Source: Squalus acanthias
Taxonomy: Eukaryota
Reading direction: 5' to 3'
Assembly: GCA_030390025.1 (NCBI GenBank)
Contig: JASTWF010000808.1
Coordinates: forward strand, 1 to 64,000
Length of the DNA stretch: 64,000 bases
A program made the position numbers and the translations under genes. This document shows, one piece after another, positions 36,501 through 48,632 of the stretch. Position 1 is the first letter of the stretch; each line of letters starts with the position of its first letter. The notes under the pieces are model-generated. The model did not search any database. It was not told the origin of the DNA and saw only the letters and a program-made list of their open reading frames with translations.

Positions 36501-39500
36501 GATCTGCCCATTTCCCTCTGTTCAGTAGTTCTATCTGATCTCTCCATTCCTGTGTACAGTAGTTCTCTCTGATCTGTCCATTCCTCTGTGTACAGTAGTT
36601 CTATCTGATCTGGCCATTCCCCTTCCCAATGTCCAATTCAAGATGGCTCCTGGGTGAGCTGCTCCCTCTGGCGCTCCTTTGCTGTGCACCTCTATCCATT
36701 GCCATCCTTTCCCTTTTCTCCCCCAATTTCTTCTCTTCCGCTGTTTACGTTCCCCTGTCTATAAGCGTGGGTGTATTTTAGCCCCAACAACAGATTCCAG
36801 CTGCAAGTTTAAAGTTACCTAGTTCCTCCTGCCCAACTCCCGACACTGCCCATCGCCTAACCCTGCCCGATGCCCAGCCTCTGCCCCTGCCTGCTCTTTG
36901 TTTTCCTCAGTGAGCACTGGGTCTTTGCTCAAATTTGTCTTCATAATTCCTGGACTTCTCCGGTCACCAAGACTACCCTTCTCCACGGGACTGCACTGTA
37001 AGACTCAGCTGCTGTGACTCTGATCTGCTGCTCAGTTGCTTCAGTTTTAAGGTAACTTTGTCGGGCCTACAGCCCCTCCCCACCGCTGCTGTTACCTGCT
37101 GAGCTTATGACTGTCCGACTGCTCCCACTGGTTTTTCAGCTTTATTTTGTTAGTCTGGTTCCTGGCCAGAATTTCACTCTCGTGGGCCGCAGTCCATTCT
37201 CCGCCACTTCTGGATCTTATGGTGACCTCTAAGCTCACCACCGTTTCTCTGCCCCGCGATCGATTCTGCACACCTCCTGGATCTTCATTACCACGGAAAT
37301 ACCTCCATCAGTGGGTCCTCCGATACTCAACCCTTCAAATAGCTTCTGGCTCACTCACCCTCCACACCTGTCTCCGAACCTGGACATCAGTTTGTTGATG
37401 CTCCAAGCTGACTCCACCCTATCTACATCAACTTTATCCCACCACAGGACCTCTGACTTTAACTCTGGACTGTTTGCTATTGTCTCCTCTCTCTTCCCTG
37501 TTTATTATCAGGACATATCTATCCTAATCTTGCTACATAGCCAGGCCTATATAATTTGTTTCCCTGTGTCTATGCGCGACGTGCTTTGGCTGCCCCTCTG
37601 GAGCTGAGCCCATCACTTCTACTTCCACTTTATTATTTTCTCTACCCCTCCTAGGCCCCTCTCTCCTCTCCCAAATCCCTACCCCAATCCTTAAACACTC
37701 CTCGACCTTCCTACTCTCCTGCCGGCATCCTAGGCTTGACTCCCTCTGTGCCTCTCTTGGCATCCTCTGAAGGGTCCATCGAGGCACTCTTCACTGCCTC
37801 CTTACGAGCAGCAACCCCAACTGCCCCATCCACTCCCAACCCCAACACTCGCACCAACCTTCCCGTCCCACTTGCCCCTCCCAATGCTGATCCCGTGGAC
37901 CGTGCCTGGGGATTTTCTATGACCGCCCCTCTCCGCATCTCCCTCCAGAATGTCCATTCACTTGTGAACAAGGCCCTTGCCATCCAGGACCGTATTGTGG
38001 ATGATTGCATCAACATCATGGCCTTGACGGCAACCTGGCTGACTGATAATGACACCTTCCCCCTTAATGAAGCCTCTCCTCCTGGCTGTACCTTCCACCA
38101 CTTGCCCTGACCAAACCATGGCAGTGTGGCTCTTAAAAATCACACCTTGGCCGGCCCCCCTACTCCTGACACCTTCTCCTCCTTTGAGCATCTCACCTTG
38201 TTCCACCCCTTTTGCCTCATTTAAAATCTTCGTTCTCTACTGCCCACCCAAGTGCAACCCAAGTATCTCCGAGATATCTTCACTGGTTTCCTCCCTCAGC
38301 CTCTGTACCGAGCGACTTCTCATCCTCGGTGACTTCAACCTCCATCTCAACTCATCATGCTTCCTCTCCTCTGAGTTCACCACCCTCCTATCCTCCCTTA
38401 ATCTCTCCCTCCATATAAACTCTCCTACCCGTGTTAGAAGAGCATGCCAGGAGCAGCACCAGGCGTACCTGAAAATGAGATGCCAACCTAATGAAGCTTC
38501 AAAATGGGACTACATGCGTGCTAAGCAGCATGCTATAGACAGAGCTAAGCGATCCCATAACCAACAGATCAGATCAAAGCTCTGCAGTCCTGCCACATCC
38601 AGTCGTGAATGGTGGTGGACAATTAAACAACTAACGGGAGGAGGCGGCACCATGAACATCCCCATCCTCAATGATGCTGATCCCAGCATTTGAGTGCAAA
38701 AGACAAGGCTGAAGCATTAGCAACCGTCCTCAGCCAGAAGTGCCGAGTGGATGATCCATCTCGGCCTCCTCCTGAGGTCCCCACCATCACAGAAGCCAGT
38801 CTTTAACCAATTCGATTCACTCCACGTGAAAAAGAAACGGCTGAGCACACTGGATACAGCAAAGGCTGTGGACCCCAACAACATCCCGGCTGTTGTGCTG
38901 AAGACTTGTGCTCCAGAACTAGCCGCGCCTCTAGCCGAGCTGTTCCAGTACAGCTACAACACTGACATTTATCTGACAATGTGGAAGATTGCCCAGGTGT
39001 GTGCTGTCCACAAAAAGCAGGACAGATCCAATCTGGTCAATCTACTCTCAATCATCAGCAAAGTGACGGAAGGTGTCGTCGACAGTGCTATAAAGCAGCA
39101 CTTACTCACCAATAACCTGCTCACAGATGCCCAGTTTGGGTTCTGCCAGGACCACTCGGCTCCAGAACTCATTGCAGCCTTGGTCCAATCATGGACAAAG
39201 GAGCTGAATTCTAGAGATGAGGTGAGTGACTGCCCTTGACATCAAGGCAGAATTTGACCGAATGTGGCATCAAGGAGCCCTAGTAAAATTGAAGTCATTG
39301 GGAATCGGGGGGGAAACTCTCCAGTGGCTGGAGTCATACCTAGCACAAAGGAAGATGGTTGTGGTGGTTGGAGGTCAATCGTTGACTGTTGAGGTTAATG
39401 GGTGAAAAACGGTGAACTGCTGAGCCCTGGTGAAGAGGGTGTCTGTGATCTGCTTAACTGAGCTGTGTATTGCAGGCTGGGAGAAATCCCCTGTGACAGA

Positions 39501-41900
39501 GTAGAAAGAAGTTAAGGGCTGTGGTGAAACGGAGAGCCACAGGCAAAGTGTGGTCCCCCTGGACCAGCAGTCAGCAGGTGCTGTTGCAGGAGGTTGCAGA
39601 GGTCTGAGACAGACTGGAGAAGCACGATCTCCTCCTGCACTGCTGCTCAGATGGTGACTGGGCCTGAACACCCTGTGTGCTGGGTATGGCCTCCTAGCAT
39701 AGCTCCACCTCACTGGTGTCTCTCTGAAAGCTTCTAAAGCTGCTACTGATCATCTTCCTCCATCTAATAAATAAGTGGCAATAATCGCACCCCTAATGAT
39801 GACAAAATGTTTGAGGTAAAGTAAAGGAAAAAAGTGGTTAAGAAGCAGTCTGGAAGCTGGAGACTCTCTTAATGAACCAGAACACTGAAGGTCCAATGAC
39901 TCACTAAGCTGCAGCTGTATGCCCCTTTTATACTGCCTCAGACTTCTAGTCGCATTGGGCGGGCCTCCCATTTTGGCGGGATAATATCGTGTTGCGGCAT
40001 TGGGCTATAACTTTTGCATTTAAAGTAGGCCCCCATCTGGTTGGGGAGGGCTCCTAGTTAAATGGGGAGGTAGAAACGCGCCAGTGACCCCCACCCGCAA
40101 TTATAACAACCCACCGACCTGGTCAGGCTGGGTTAGAATCAGGGCTCTAGAGTGAGAAAGGTTCAGGGTAACACCTACTCTTCACGTTCTTAACCTGATG
40201 TGGCTTGTAGATGTGTTTCTCCTTCTTTTGGATTATTTACAATTTTTCTTTTTTTTTTGCATCTTGTATACTCTCTGGGATACTCCTTATATATTTATCC
40301 TGATGTGTATATAATTGTTTATATTGTATAATAGACCTCTTATGTGTCCCACCTTTTTCACAGTTCACCCTGATGTCTCTGTGTACTCTGAAGACCTTGT
40401 AGAATGGGGATGGTCCAACACGTTGATCTGTCTGGCTGATGGATTCTACCCTCCGCACATCACCATGGAGTGGAGAAGAAACAATGAACCCATGAGTGAT
40501 GGAGACTACATCACAGAGTTCTATATTAAAGAGGATTTTTCATTCCGGAGGTTCTCGTACCTAAGCATTGTCCCGAGTCCTGGAGACATGTACTCCTGTC
40601 ATGTGAAGCATGAGAGCCTGGAGGAGCCAACTACTGTATTCTGGGGTCAGTGAGAGTTTTGATTATAAACTGACATCAGCACTAGTTTAAAATAGACTTT
40701 TGTGCAACATTTTAACTTAATTTGCAAAAGACAAAACTGCAAATGCAAGAAATCTGAAATAAAAACAAACAATAGAAATGCATGTTACTGGTAAGGAGAA
40801 TAGACAGGTTATGACCTTTTGAGTGTTTAGCCCTTAGAATCATAAATTCTTAGAAATTTACGGCACAGAAGGAGGCCATTCGGCCCATCGTGTCTGTCGG
40901 CTGAAAAAGAGCTATCCAGCCTAATTCCACTTTCCAGCTCTTGGTCCATAGCTTTGTAGGTTGCAGCACTTCAAGTGCATATCCAAGCACTTTTTTAATG
41001 TGTTGATGGTTTCTGCCTCTACCACCCTTTCAGGCAGTGAGTTCCAGACCCCCACAACCCTCTGGGTGAAAAAAGTTCTCCTCAACTCCCCTCTCATCCT
41101 TCTACCAATTACTTTAAATCTATGCCCCCTGGTTAGTGACCTCACTGCTAAGGGAAATAGGTCCTTCATATCCACTCTATCTAGGGCCCTCATAATTTTA
41201 TACGCCTCAATTAAATCTCCCCTCAGTCTCCTCTGTTCCAAAGAAAACAACCCCACCCTATCCAATCTTTCCTCAGCTAAAATTCCCCAGCCCAGGCAAC
41301 ATCCTTGTAAATCTCCTCTGCACCCTCTCTAGTGCAATCACATCTTTCCTGTAATATACTGACCAGAACTGCACGCAGTACTCTAGCTGTGGTCTAACTA
41401 GTGTTTTATACAGTTCAAGCATAACCTCCTTGCTCTTACTTTCCTTTATTAGCTGAGGCATAGAATGTATCCCGTATGCCTTCTTAACCACCTTATCTAC
41501 CTGTCCTGCTACCTTCAGGGATCTGTGGACATGCACTCCAAGGTCCCTCTGATCTTCTACACTTCTCAGTATCCTACCATTTATTGTGCATTCCCTTGCC
41601 TTGTTAACTCTCCCCAAATGCATTACTTCACAATTCTCTGGATTGAATTCCATTTGCCATTGTTCTGCCCACCTGACCAGTCCATTGATATCTTCCTGCA
41701 GTCTACAGTTCTCTCACTATCAATGGTATCATTCCTTTCTTTCTTCTTATACAGATCAGGAAGTACCTGAGGAAAAGTCTGGTCCTGGGACAGTGATCTG
41801 TGCTCTGGGACTCACTCTGGGAATCATCAGTGCTGTTGTAGGGATCATCTTGCTGATCAAAGAGAGACAGCGGCAGCAAGCTCAGCAACAGGGCATCTAA
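24491..41900 (+). CDS. DAA: MHC class II alpha chain, 4 coding exons join(24491..24557,30195..30443,40364..40645,41755..41900), 247 aa
   Basis: Exons of 67+249+282+146 = 744 nt splice through three phase-1 GT-AG introns into one open frame: leader MEAGHYFTVFALVLIHGAWAGK, alpha1 YLYDYTQVYFVQ...FYMDFNLKKEVARIPEF...NIAILKQNL...NLS, C1-set alpha2 NTLICLADGFYPP...YSCHVKH, TM ICALGLTLGIISAVVGIILL and a short tail. It closely resembles shark class II alpha as I recall it; the symbol follows shark DAA nomenclature and orthology is not established. Confidence 0.96.
24600..25670. repeat. Intron-1 minisatellite, 14 units of ~71-85 bp with variable (attat)n
   Basis: Unit atcctgatctcactggggtcggtgtggtgttattacagggagtgcaggctgtgagttattat... 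Confidence 0.95.
25880..26710. mobile_element. MITE-like element (same family as 55573-56430)
   Basis: gggcccgattttgcggt / accacaaaatccgggcc inverted ends; shared internal gcggtcagca.cgaag, ccaatca and aggaagtg. Confidence 0.65.
27190..27940. repeat. ~29-bp minisatellite ccaataatggaacacccggtgc(c)n; resumes at 29803-29978
   Basis: About 25 copies before and about 6 after a CR1 insertion. Confidence 0.95.
27942..29799 (+). mobile_element. CR1 LINE 3' half inserted in the minisatellite; contains an antisense CR1 tail at ~29125-29235 flanked by cttag
   Basis: Long RT frame ([32 protein letters not shown]) and attctatg tail. Confidence 0.93.
30195..30443 (+). CDS. DAA: MHC II alpha exon 2 (alpha1 peptide-binding domain)
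   Basis: (tc)n-ttccag acceptor; gtgaga donor at 30444; two Asn in NIAILKQN, NLS sequon, no alpha1 cysteines. Confidence 0.96.
30470..31371. repeat. 38-bp GC-rich minisatellite (~24 units) immediately 3' of exon 2
   Basis: Unit ccgggcccacacccagtgaatggggcctggggtttgag; one orphan unit at 36148-36180. Confidence 0.95.
31372..35515 (-). mobile_element. Near full-length CR1 LINE (ORF1 zinc-finger/esterase, ORF2 APE + RT) with few disruptions
   Basis: CYCCNMWE..HICSKC and VVVVGDSII in ORF1; LNARSI, TETWL, GDFN, SDH in APE; complete RT; about 4 stops/frameshifts. Confidence 0.95.
35575..36150. repeat. ~35-37-bp minisatellite ctgtggcagtttgttctgagtctcctcactccgtc
   Basis: About 16 copies. Confidence 0.95.
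36181..36622. repeat. ~35-bp minisatellite ctgatctgtccattcccctctgtacagtagttctat
   Basis: About 12 imperfect copies. Confidence 0.9.
37700..38430 (+). mobile_element. LINE (L2-like) AP-endonuclease fragment
   Basis: LQNVHSLVNK, MALTATWL, LYCPPK, ILGDFNLH. Confidence 0.75.
38435..39385 (+). mobile_element. LINE (CR1/L2 group) ORF2 fragment of a second family
   Basis: SSREWWWTIKQL, LKTCAPELAAPL, WKIAQV, LLSIISKV, QFGF. Confidence 0.8.
39390..39720 (-). mobile_element. Harbinger transposase N-terminal remnant
   Basis: RRPYPAHRVFRP... and a downstream ALNF/GxFQ-like region, degraded. Confidence 0.5.
40364..40645 (+). CDS. DAA: MHC II alpha exon 3 (alpha2 Ig C1-set domain)
   Basis: ctttttcacag acceptor; 282 nt; LIC..GFYPP..W..YSCHVKH motifs; gtcagt donor at 40646. 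Confidence 0.96.
40850..41705 (-). mobile_element. CR1 LINE 3' fragment filling most of intron 3
   Basis: MEFNPENCEVMH, LVRPQLEYC, FFTQRVVGVWNSLP. Confidence 0.92.
41755..41900 (+). CDS. DAA: MHC II alpha exon 4 (connecting peptide, TM, cytoplasmic tail, stop)
   Basis: Pyrimidine tract + acag acceptor; CxxGxxxG TM motif; TAA at 41898-41900; gtaagt donor at 41903. Confidence 0.95.
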
Positions 41901-42174
41901 GGGTAAGTACAGGAGCTCTTCATAACCTGAGTATTATTAGCGTTACTGAAGGAGATCAGAGGGTGAAGTTTACAAGGCTCCACTCCATGATTCATTGCAC
42001 TCCACTTTTTCAATGCTGGATTTGGGGCATGGCACAACAGGCATATGGGAGTCCCATTTAAATAGTAGATTTATTAAAATTGGTGACCCATAACAAGTTT
42101 CATGACTTTGGGTTCCATTTGTCCCATCAAGGCTGCACTGCCATTTTGTTAACTATGGAAGCTTAATCACTTTA

Positions 42175-43605
42175 AGGGTACAGTTGTGTAGTGGATAAGG
42201 TACTGGATTAGCAACCCAGAGGTTAGGGGGAAAAATTTCGGTTGCTTTGCGCCTCCCGTTAGCGTCCTAAGAGGGTGATAATGGGGCGCAACGCAACGCA
42301 ACTAGCACCCGGGCGCGGCGATGCTTGCGCCGCTCATAAAATTGACCAGAGTTTTTGCGGCATCGCTAAACACTACCGCCACGATCTCCTGCGCCGGCAG
42401 ATCGTGACGTCAGTCGAGCGTGCAACCCCCCGGTAGCGCCCCGGACCGGATATTGAGTCACGGCCCCTTCCTTTCCGCCTGCCGCTAGCATCGACAGGTT
42501 GAGAGGAACGCTTTGCAGTCGGTAAGGGGCTGGGGGAGCGCTATTTAAAGGCGCCCTCTTCCTGCCTGCCTTTTTTTGTGGGAGACACTTTTGCACCACG
42601 CATTGAGAGAGAGACACACTTCTGGAGAGATTCAACGCTGTGTGAAGGAGTTTTGGGTGCTGAGCATCACTTTGCAGGTTCATTGTATCGATTTAGAAGA
42701 GACTGTGGGGGCTGCACTCTGAGCTCATTCCCTGGGCCTCTCCATTGTTCTTTCCAGCAGAATTGATGTAGAGGTTTCTCCAGGCTGAGATTCAAGGCTG
42801 CAATGAGCAGGGTGTGGATGGAGAGCAAGATCGACCCTCCCCTTTAAGAACTAGCCGGCGTCAGTGTGTCTGTGTTCCATGACTAACTGACATCACATGA
42901 GCTTCGCCAGTGCTCTGAGGTAGTGCCTCGCTCCTCAGCATAAGCGCCTTATGAGAGGTGTGCAGCATCTGATTTAGTGCTCCAATCACCTCCGGGGCGA
43001 TAGAAGCCAAGTTTGCAGTTGGAGGCGATAATTAGCGCCAGGCGCTAAACTTTGTGCCCGGCCGGTAATTGCGCCCCAAATGGTGCGATATCGAATTTCT
43101 AACCCTATGAGTTTAAACCCACCATGTGAGGTTGTGGAATTGAATGGAGGTAATTTTTCACTGTCACTGTCTGGGATGTAATCTGATGATGTGGATCACC
43201 TGCCCATTATAGAACCGGCCAGATTTTCATCCCATTGATTTCAATGAAAGTGAAACTCCAGACAGGTTCTACAATGGGCAGGTGATCCGCTCCACCGGAT
43301 TACATCCCAGATGGCAAAGTGAAAATTACCCGCATAAGTCTGGTAACTTCTGCATTGGCACCAGAAAAATAACCTTGAAAGCTGCCAGATTGTCATAAAA
43401 CCCAACTGGTTCACTCGTATCCTTCACAGAAGGAACCTGCCACTCCTACCTGGTTTGGCCTATGTGTAACTCCAACCCCACACTATGTTCACGCTTAATG
43501 CCCTCTGAAGTGGCCTAGCAAGCCACCAATTTGTAAAAAGAATTGCTACTAAGGGCAGTAAAAGGACCCTTGTCAGCATTGCCCACATTGAGAACAAATA
43601 AAATA
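42175..43605 (+). mobile_element. tRNA-headed SINE split by two nested inverted-repeat elements (~42226-43085 and 43149-43330)
   Basis: A-box-like gtgtagtggataagg..cagaggtt resumes as atgagtttaaaccc after the first insert; LINE-like tail near 43600. Confidence 0.6.
43149..43330. repeat. ~180-bp fold-back (palindromic) element
   Basis: Arms pair along their whole length (tctgggatgtaatc/gattacatcccaga; ggatcacctgcccatt/aatgggcaggtgatcc) around cattgatttcaatg. Confidence 0.85.
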
Positions 43606-44689
43606 ATCTGTTCTCTCTGCCTTCTCTCCATATCACTTAATCCCCTTGCTTCCCAAGTATCATCTTTTAAAGACCTCAATTGATTGTGTATCATTAACCT
43701 TCACATCCTCACTACCTTTTGTGTGAAGTATTTCTCCTGGATTCACTTTTTAAATCGCCTTTGTTTAAATACTAAGAGCTGCCCCCCTGTTCTGGATTCC
43801 CCTACTACATGGAAGAGTCATTCACTGTCTATCCTGTCAATTCCCCTCATTATTTTAAATGCCCCAACCAGATCAGTCCTCCACATTCTCAACTCCAGAG
43901 AATATAACCCAAGTTTACCCAGTCTCCCATCACAACTCAGTCCCTTCATTCCAGTTATCGTCTTCGTAAATTGTCATTCGACTTTCTGCAGGGTCAGTAT
44001 ATCCTTCCGAAGTAGGGCGCCCGGAACTCAACTCAATGGACCCAGTTTCCATGTTCATTAAGCTTCGGAAATGAGTGCACATGGACTGAACACCAGAAAT
44101 AGGCTCGTGTTTAACAATATTACAGGGAAGGTGATAGTTATGTCTGAGTTTTTTTTCTAACTTTCTTCTAGAGTTTTTTAAGATGTGTCTCAATTGAATT
44201 CCAACTTCCTGTGCCATTTTCCTGAGCCTGGATATCTAGTTCATCTTTCAGTATTGTGTCCCAAGATAACAAATTGAACAACTATTCAGCTATCTTAGCT
44301 ACTGGAATTGTCCTATGTCTCCATAGGATCTCTCTTCTGTCTTTGAGTGATTGAGCATCACAACTTTAGATCTCATTTTCGGTTTAAAATAGTAAATGAA
44401 TTTTTAAAAAATATATTTACAATGGAGGTCCTTCGATGTAGGTCCTTTTTAATGGACCTACAATGAGCGGTCTCAATCTAATTGTTAAACATTTGTTTGT
44501 AGAATATTTGTATATATAGTGTTTCTTTCCTTGTATTTCTTACCACTGTGGGAGCTGCAATTGGCTTGAAGTATTAGCTGGAGATTTTTAATAACTGCCA
44601 ACCATATTTAAAAATAACTGGCTGTCATACATCTAACTGAAGAAACCAGTCTGTGCTTAAAGCTTTACAAATATCCAGATGAAACTTGA

Positions 44690-45227
44690 CACAAAGATGG
44701 ACTGGAAATAAAGGTTCTAAATTGGAGGAAGGCCGATTTTAATATGATAAGGCGGGATCTGGCCAAAATGGACTGGGATCAGCTACTTGGAGGAAAATCC
44801 ACATCAGAGCAGTGGGAGTCTTTCAGAAAGGAAATAGAGAGAGTACAACGCCAACATGTTCCCGTAAAGGTCAAGGGTGGGACCAACAAGCCCAGGGAAC
44901 CCTGGATGTCAAGGGATATACAAGAATGGATTAGGAAAAAAAGGGAAGCTTTTGGCAGATACAAAGGACTAAAAACAGTGGAAGCCCTAGAGGAGTATAG
45001 AAAGTGCAGGGGGGTACTTAAAAAAGAAATTAGGAGAGCGAAGAGGGGGCATGAAAAAACACTGGCGGGCAAAATAAAGGAAAATCCCAAGGTGTTTTAT
45101 AAGTATATTAAGGGCAAGAGGATAACCAGGGAAAGAGTAGGACCCATTAGGGACCAAAGTGGCAATCTGTGTGTAGAGCTGGAAGATGTAGGTGAGGTTT
45201 TAAATGAATATTTTGCATCTGTGTTCC
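44690..45227 (+). mobile_element. CR1 ORF2 tether-region fragment
   Basis: LNWRKADF...PWMS...KENPKVFYKYI...LNEYFASVF. Confidence 0.88.
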
Positions 45228-45394
45228 CAAAATCAGCATGTCATTCTTAGCATTATCTCAACTGTCAGTTCAGCAACTTAAGGCAGCTTACTTCTGCAAA
45301 AGGTGTACTTCTGCAAAAAGACTTATTAGCTCATTTAGTTCCTGAGACCCATTCTTAACCCTTTAATCATAGTAGAGCTCTAAAGTCCCACTTC

Positions 45395-45660
45395 CGGGAT
45401 ATTGGTTGAGGAATAAATATTGGCCAGGACACCAGGGAGAACTCCCCGACTCCTCTTCGAATAGTTCCATGGGATCTTTTACGTCCACCTGAAACAGCAC
45501 ATGGGGTCTAGGTTTAACGTCACATCTGAAAGACAGCACTTCCCTCAGTACTGCACTGGAGTTTGTCTGTTTGTTTCTTTTTGTGCTCAAAGTCTCTGGA
45601 TTTTTGACTTGAACCCACAACCTTCTGACTCCGAAGGGAGAGTGCTACCACTGATGCCTA
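45395..45660 (-). mobile_element. tRNA-derived SINE (Deu-domain-like)
   Basis: Reverse strand has A/B-box-like cagtggtagcact...gggttcaagtc and caggtggacgtaaaagatcccatgg; related pieces at ~6030-6150(+) and ~23077-23170(-). Confidence 0.65.
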
Positions 45661-46290
45661 ATGTAATAGTGTATATAAGAAATACAGCAAGAAGTGCTGT
45701 AAATCTTTGCATCAAATTCTGAAGAAATTTGCTGATTGAAGTCAATGGAAAATAAAATTTGCACGCTGTGTAAAAGGGGCTGCCAATTTCACCCTCCCAG
45801 ACTCTCAAATCTTTTCACTTGAATTTCTTTCTCTCTGCCCCCTCCCCTGGTTGTCCATGACATTTATCATTAATATGTCATATGATGGCTCATCAGTTAA
45901 GGTGAAATACTGTAGAACTAATTCATGGTCAATAAAATGTGTGCTTTTTGCAGGGAATCCTGTCCCATGAAAATATACATTGCAATTAGTTACATTTATT
46001 TGGAGCTCTCTGCCAGCAGTACAGAGCTGTAGAATGACCTCCATTCTTTTTATCAGTTATGGTGGATGGCTACTTTGGCTGTAACCATACTTTTGGCATT
46101 TCATATTATAAAAATCATGGCCATCCCACTCATGCAAAAAAATTGGCTGTTACACTAAGCAGTCTACATTATATTTTAATTGATATTCCACACACAGCCC
46201 ATGTAGCAAGGAGAATGAACAGATAACTGAAGTCAGTACTATTATGGTTTATTGATGCCTTTGTGATGGTTGGTCTTTTCATCTGTTCAG

Positions 46291-46690
46291 GTACTTCCAT
46301 TGAGATGCAGAAAGAAGATGCAGAAAGTCAAAGCAGCAGGTTCTGTGTTCTGTGAAACTACCAAGCTAAAAGTTGTTTCTTCAATAATTCAGAACTGGCC
46401 TATGATGTAGTCTGATGTAAGTTATGACTGGGTGGAAATCTACTAATGTCTTCAGATTTTGTAATCGGCTTTTATTTTCATTAGCACAATATCTCCTGTC
46501 CCTGAATGTTAACATACAAGTCATGTAATATAACAAGGCCAGCTCATTAATCTGCTAATGGAATCTTGATTTATTAAAACTGTACCAGTGTCTGCATTTT
46601 GTTAGCTCATTTTCCTGTTAGATTTTCAATGTTCCAGAAATCCCTGTTCTGCAATCTATTGTACAATAAATACTGTTAGCTTATTACTTT
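46291..46690 (+). other. Probable non-coding exon 5 (3' UTR) of the MHC II alpha gene
   Basis: Donor 2 nt after the stop implies a further exon; candidate acceptor tcttttcatctgttcag ends at 46290, followed by non-repetitive sequence and AATAAA at 46665-46670. Confidence 0.5.
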
Positions 46691-47305
46691 GTGTTCAAGT
46701 TTTCTTTTACAATATAACAAGAAAAACAAATATAATGTGACTACTACAATAAAATGAGATTTTAAAATAAGTGAATCATTGGATGACAATAAATAGCGTA
46801 AATGAACTTTGATTTCTTGGAGACACTTGGCTGGGTGAAAGACCCTTTGGATACTGGATAAAAGGGCCAAGTCAGCATTAATGCAGTCTGAGTATTGACC
46901 AATGCACTCTAGCTCATCAAACTGGACTAGTAGGCCTAAGCACTCAGTCATAAGGTGCCAAATTCTGCAATTAAAATAAAAATTACCAGCTAGTTGAGAC
47001 TCGCACAGAGAATGTTTGATCCTCATTGCATTTATTCACTTTAGTCAATTGCATGTAAATTGGTTCCACACTGAAATTGCCGATCTTAATCAGATGTTTG
47101 CTCCCTCAAACCTCCTCACCCATTTAGAACAGGTGTTGCTGGGATTTCCTGTTCTGGCCAGTAGAAGTATGATTCTTGAAGGGGTGGTTCACAGTTTAAG
47201 ATAGTGTTTAATCTTTTTTGTGCTTTTTTAATCTTGCTGCATCTGCATTTGCTTTGGTGCCTTGCTTTCTGCTGCTGCATTTCTGCATTTTTCTTTTTGT
47301 TCTTG

Positions 47306-48523
47306 ACGACGACGACATGCAAGCCGTGATCCTGACCAACGGTTCCACCACAGACCCAATTCACGTACGAACCGGGGTCAAGCAAGGCTGTGTCATCGCA
47401 CCAACGCTCTTCTCGATCTTCCTGGCTGCAATGCTCCATCTCACCCTCGGTAAGCTCCCTGCTGGAGTGGTGCTAATTTACAGAACAAACGGGAAACTGT
47501 TCAACCTCCGTTACCTCCAGTCCAGATCCAAGGTCGTCGCATCCTCTCATCGAATTACAGTATGCAGACGACGCTTGCGTCTGCGCTCACTCGGAGGTCG
47601 AACTCCAAACCATCGTCAACACCTTCACCGAAGCATACGAGAGCACGGGCCTTGCACTAAACATCCGTAAGACAAAGGTCCTCTACCAAACTGCCCCCGC
47701 CACACAGTACTGCCCACCGATTATCAAAATCCACGACAAGGCCTTGGACAACGTGGACCACTTTCCATACCTTGGGAGCCTACTGTCAACAAGGGCAGAC
47801 GTCGATGACTAAGTCCAACACCGCCTTCAGTGTGCCAGTGCAGCCTTCGGTTGCCTGAAGAAGAGAGTGCTTGAAGACCAGGACCTCAAACCCGGCACTA
47901 AGCTCATGGTCTACAGAGCAGCAGTGATCCCGCCCTGCTGTATGCCTCAGAGACATGGACCATGTACAGCAGGCACCTCAAAGCATTGGAGAGGTACCAC
48001 CAACGCTGCCTCTGCAAATCCTGCAAATCCATTGGCAGGATAGGTGCACCAACGTCAGTGTTCTCGCTCAGGCCAGCATCGAAGCTTTGACCACGCTCTA
48101 TCAGCTCCGCTGGACGGGTCACATTGTCTGCATGCCCAATACGAGACTCCCAAAACAAGTTCTCTACTCGGAGCTCCGGCACGGCAAGAGAGCCCCAGGT
48201 GGGCAGAGGAAACGCTTCAAGGACACCCTCAAAGCCTCCTTGGAAAAAGTGCAACATCCCCACTGACACCTGGGAATCCCTGGCCCAAGACCGCACAAAG
48301 TGGAGGAGAAGCATCCGAGAAGACGCTGAACACCTCGAGTCTCTTCGCCGGGAGCAAGCGGAAGCCGAGCGCACGTCAACCCAAGCACCCCACCCACCCG
48401 CCCCTTCAACCACCGTCTGCCCCACCTGTGACAGAGACTGTAGGTCCCACATTGGACTCATCAGTCACCTGAGAACTCATTTTTAATGTGGAAGCAAGTC
48501 ATCCTTGGTTCCGAGGGACTGCC
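47306..48523 (+). mobile_element. RTE-clade LINE, 5'-truncated, flanked by ~109-bp direct repeats (47197-47305, 48524-48632)
   Basis: TGVKQGCVIAPTLF, YADD, LRWTGHI, C-terminal CPTCDRDC..IGLISHLRTH. Confidence 0.9.
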
Positions 48524-48632
48524 TAAGATGGTGTTTATTCTTTTTCGTGCTTCTTGCTTTGCTGTATCTGCATTTGCTTTGGTACCTTGCCTTCTGCTGC
48601 TGAATTTCTGCATTTTTTTTGTTTTGTTCTTG

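Noticed and set aside
21989-36622. Regularly spaced repeats as possible CRISPR arrays
   Set aside because: Units are head-to-tail with no unique spacers, there are no cas genes, and the context is vertebrate.
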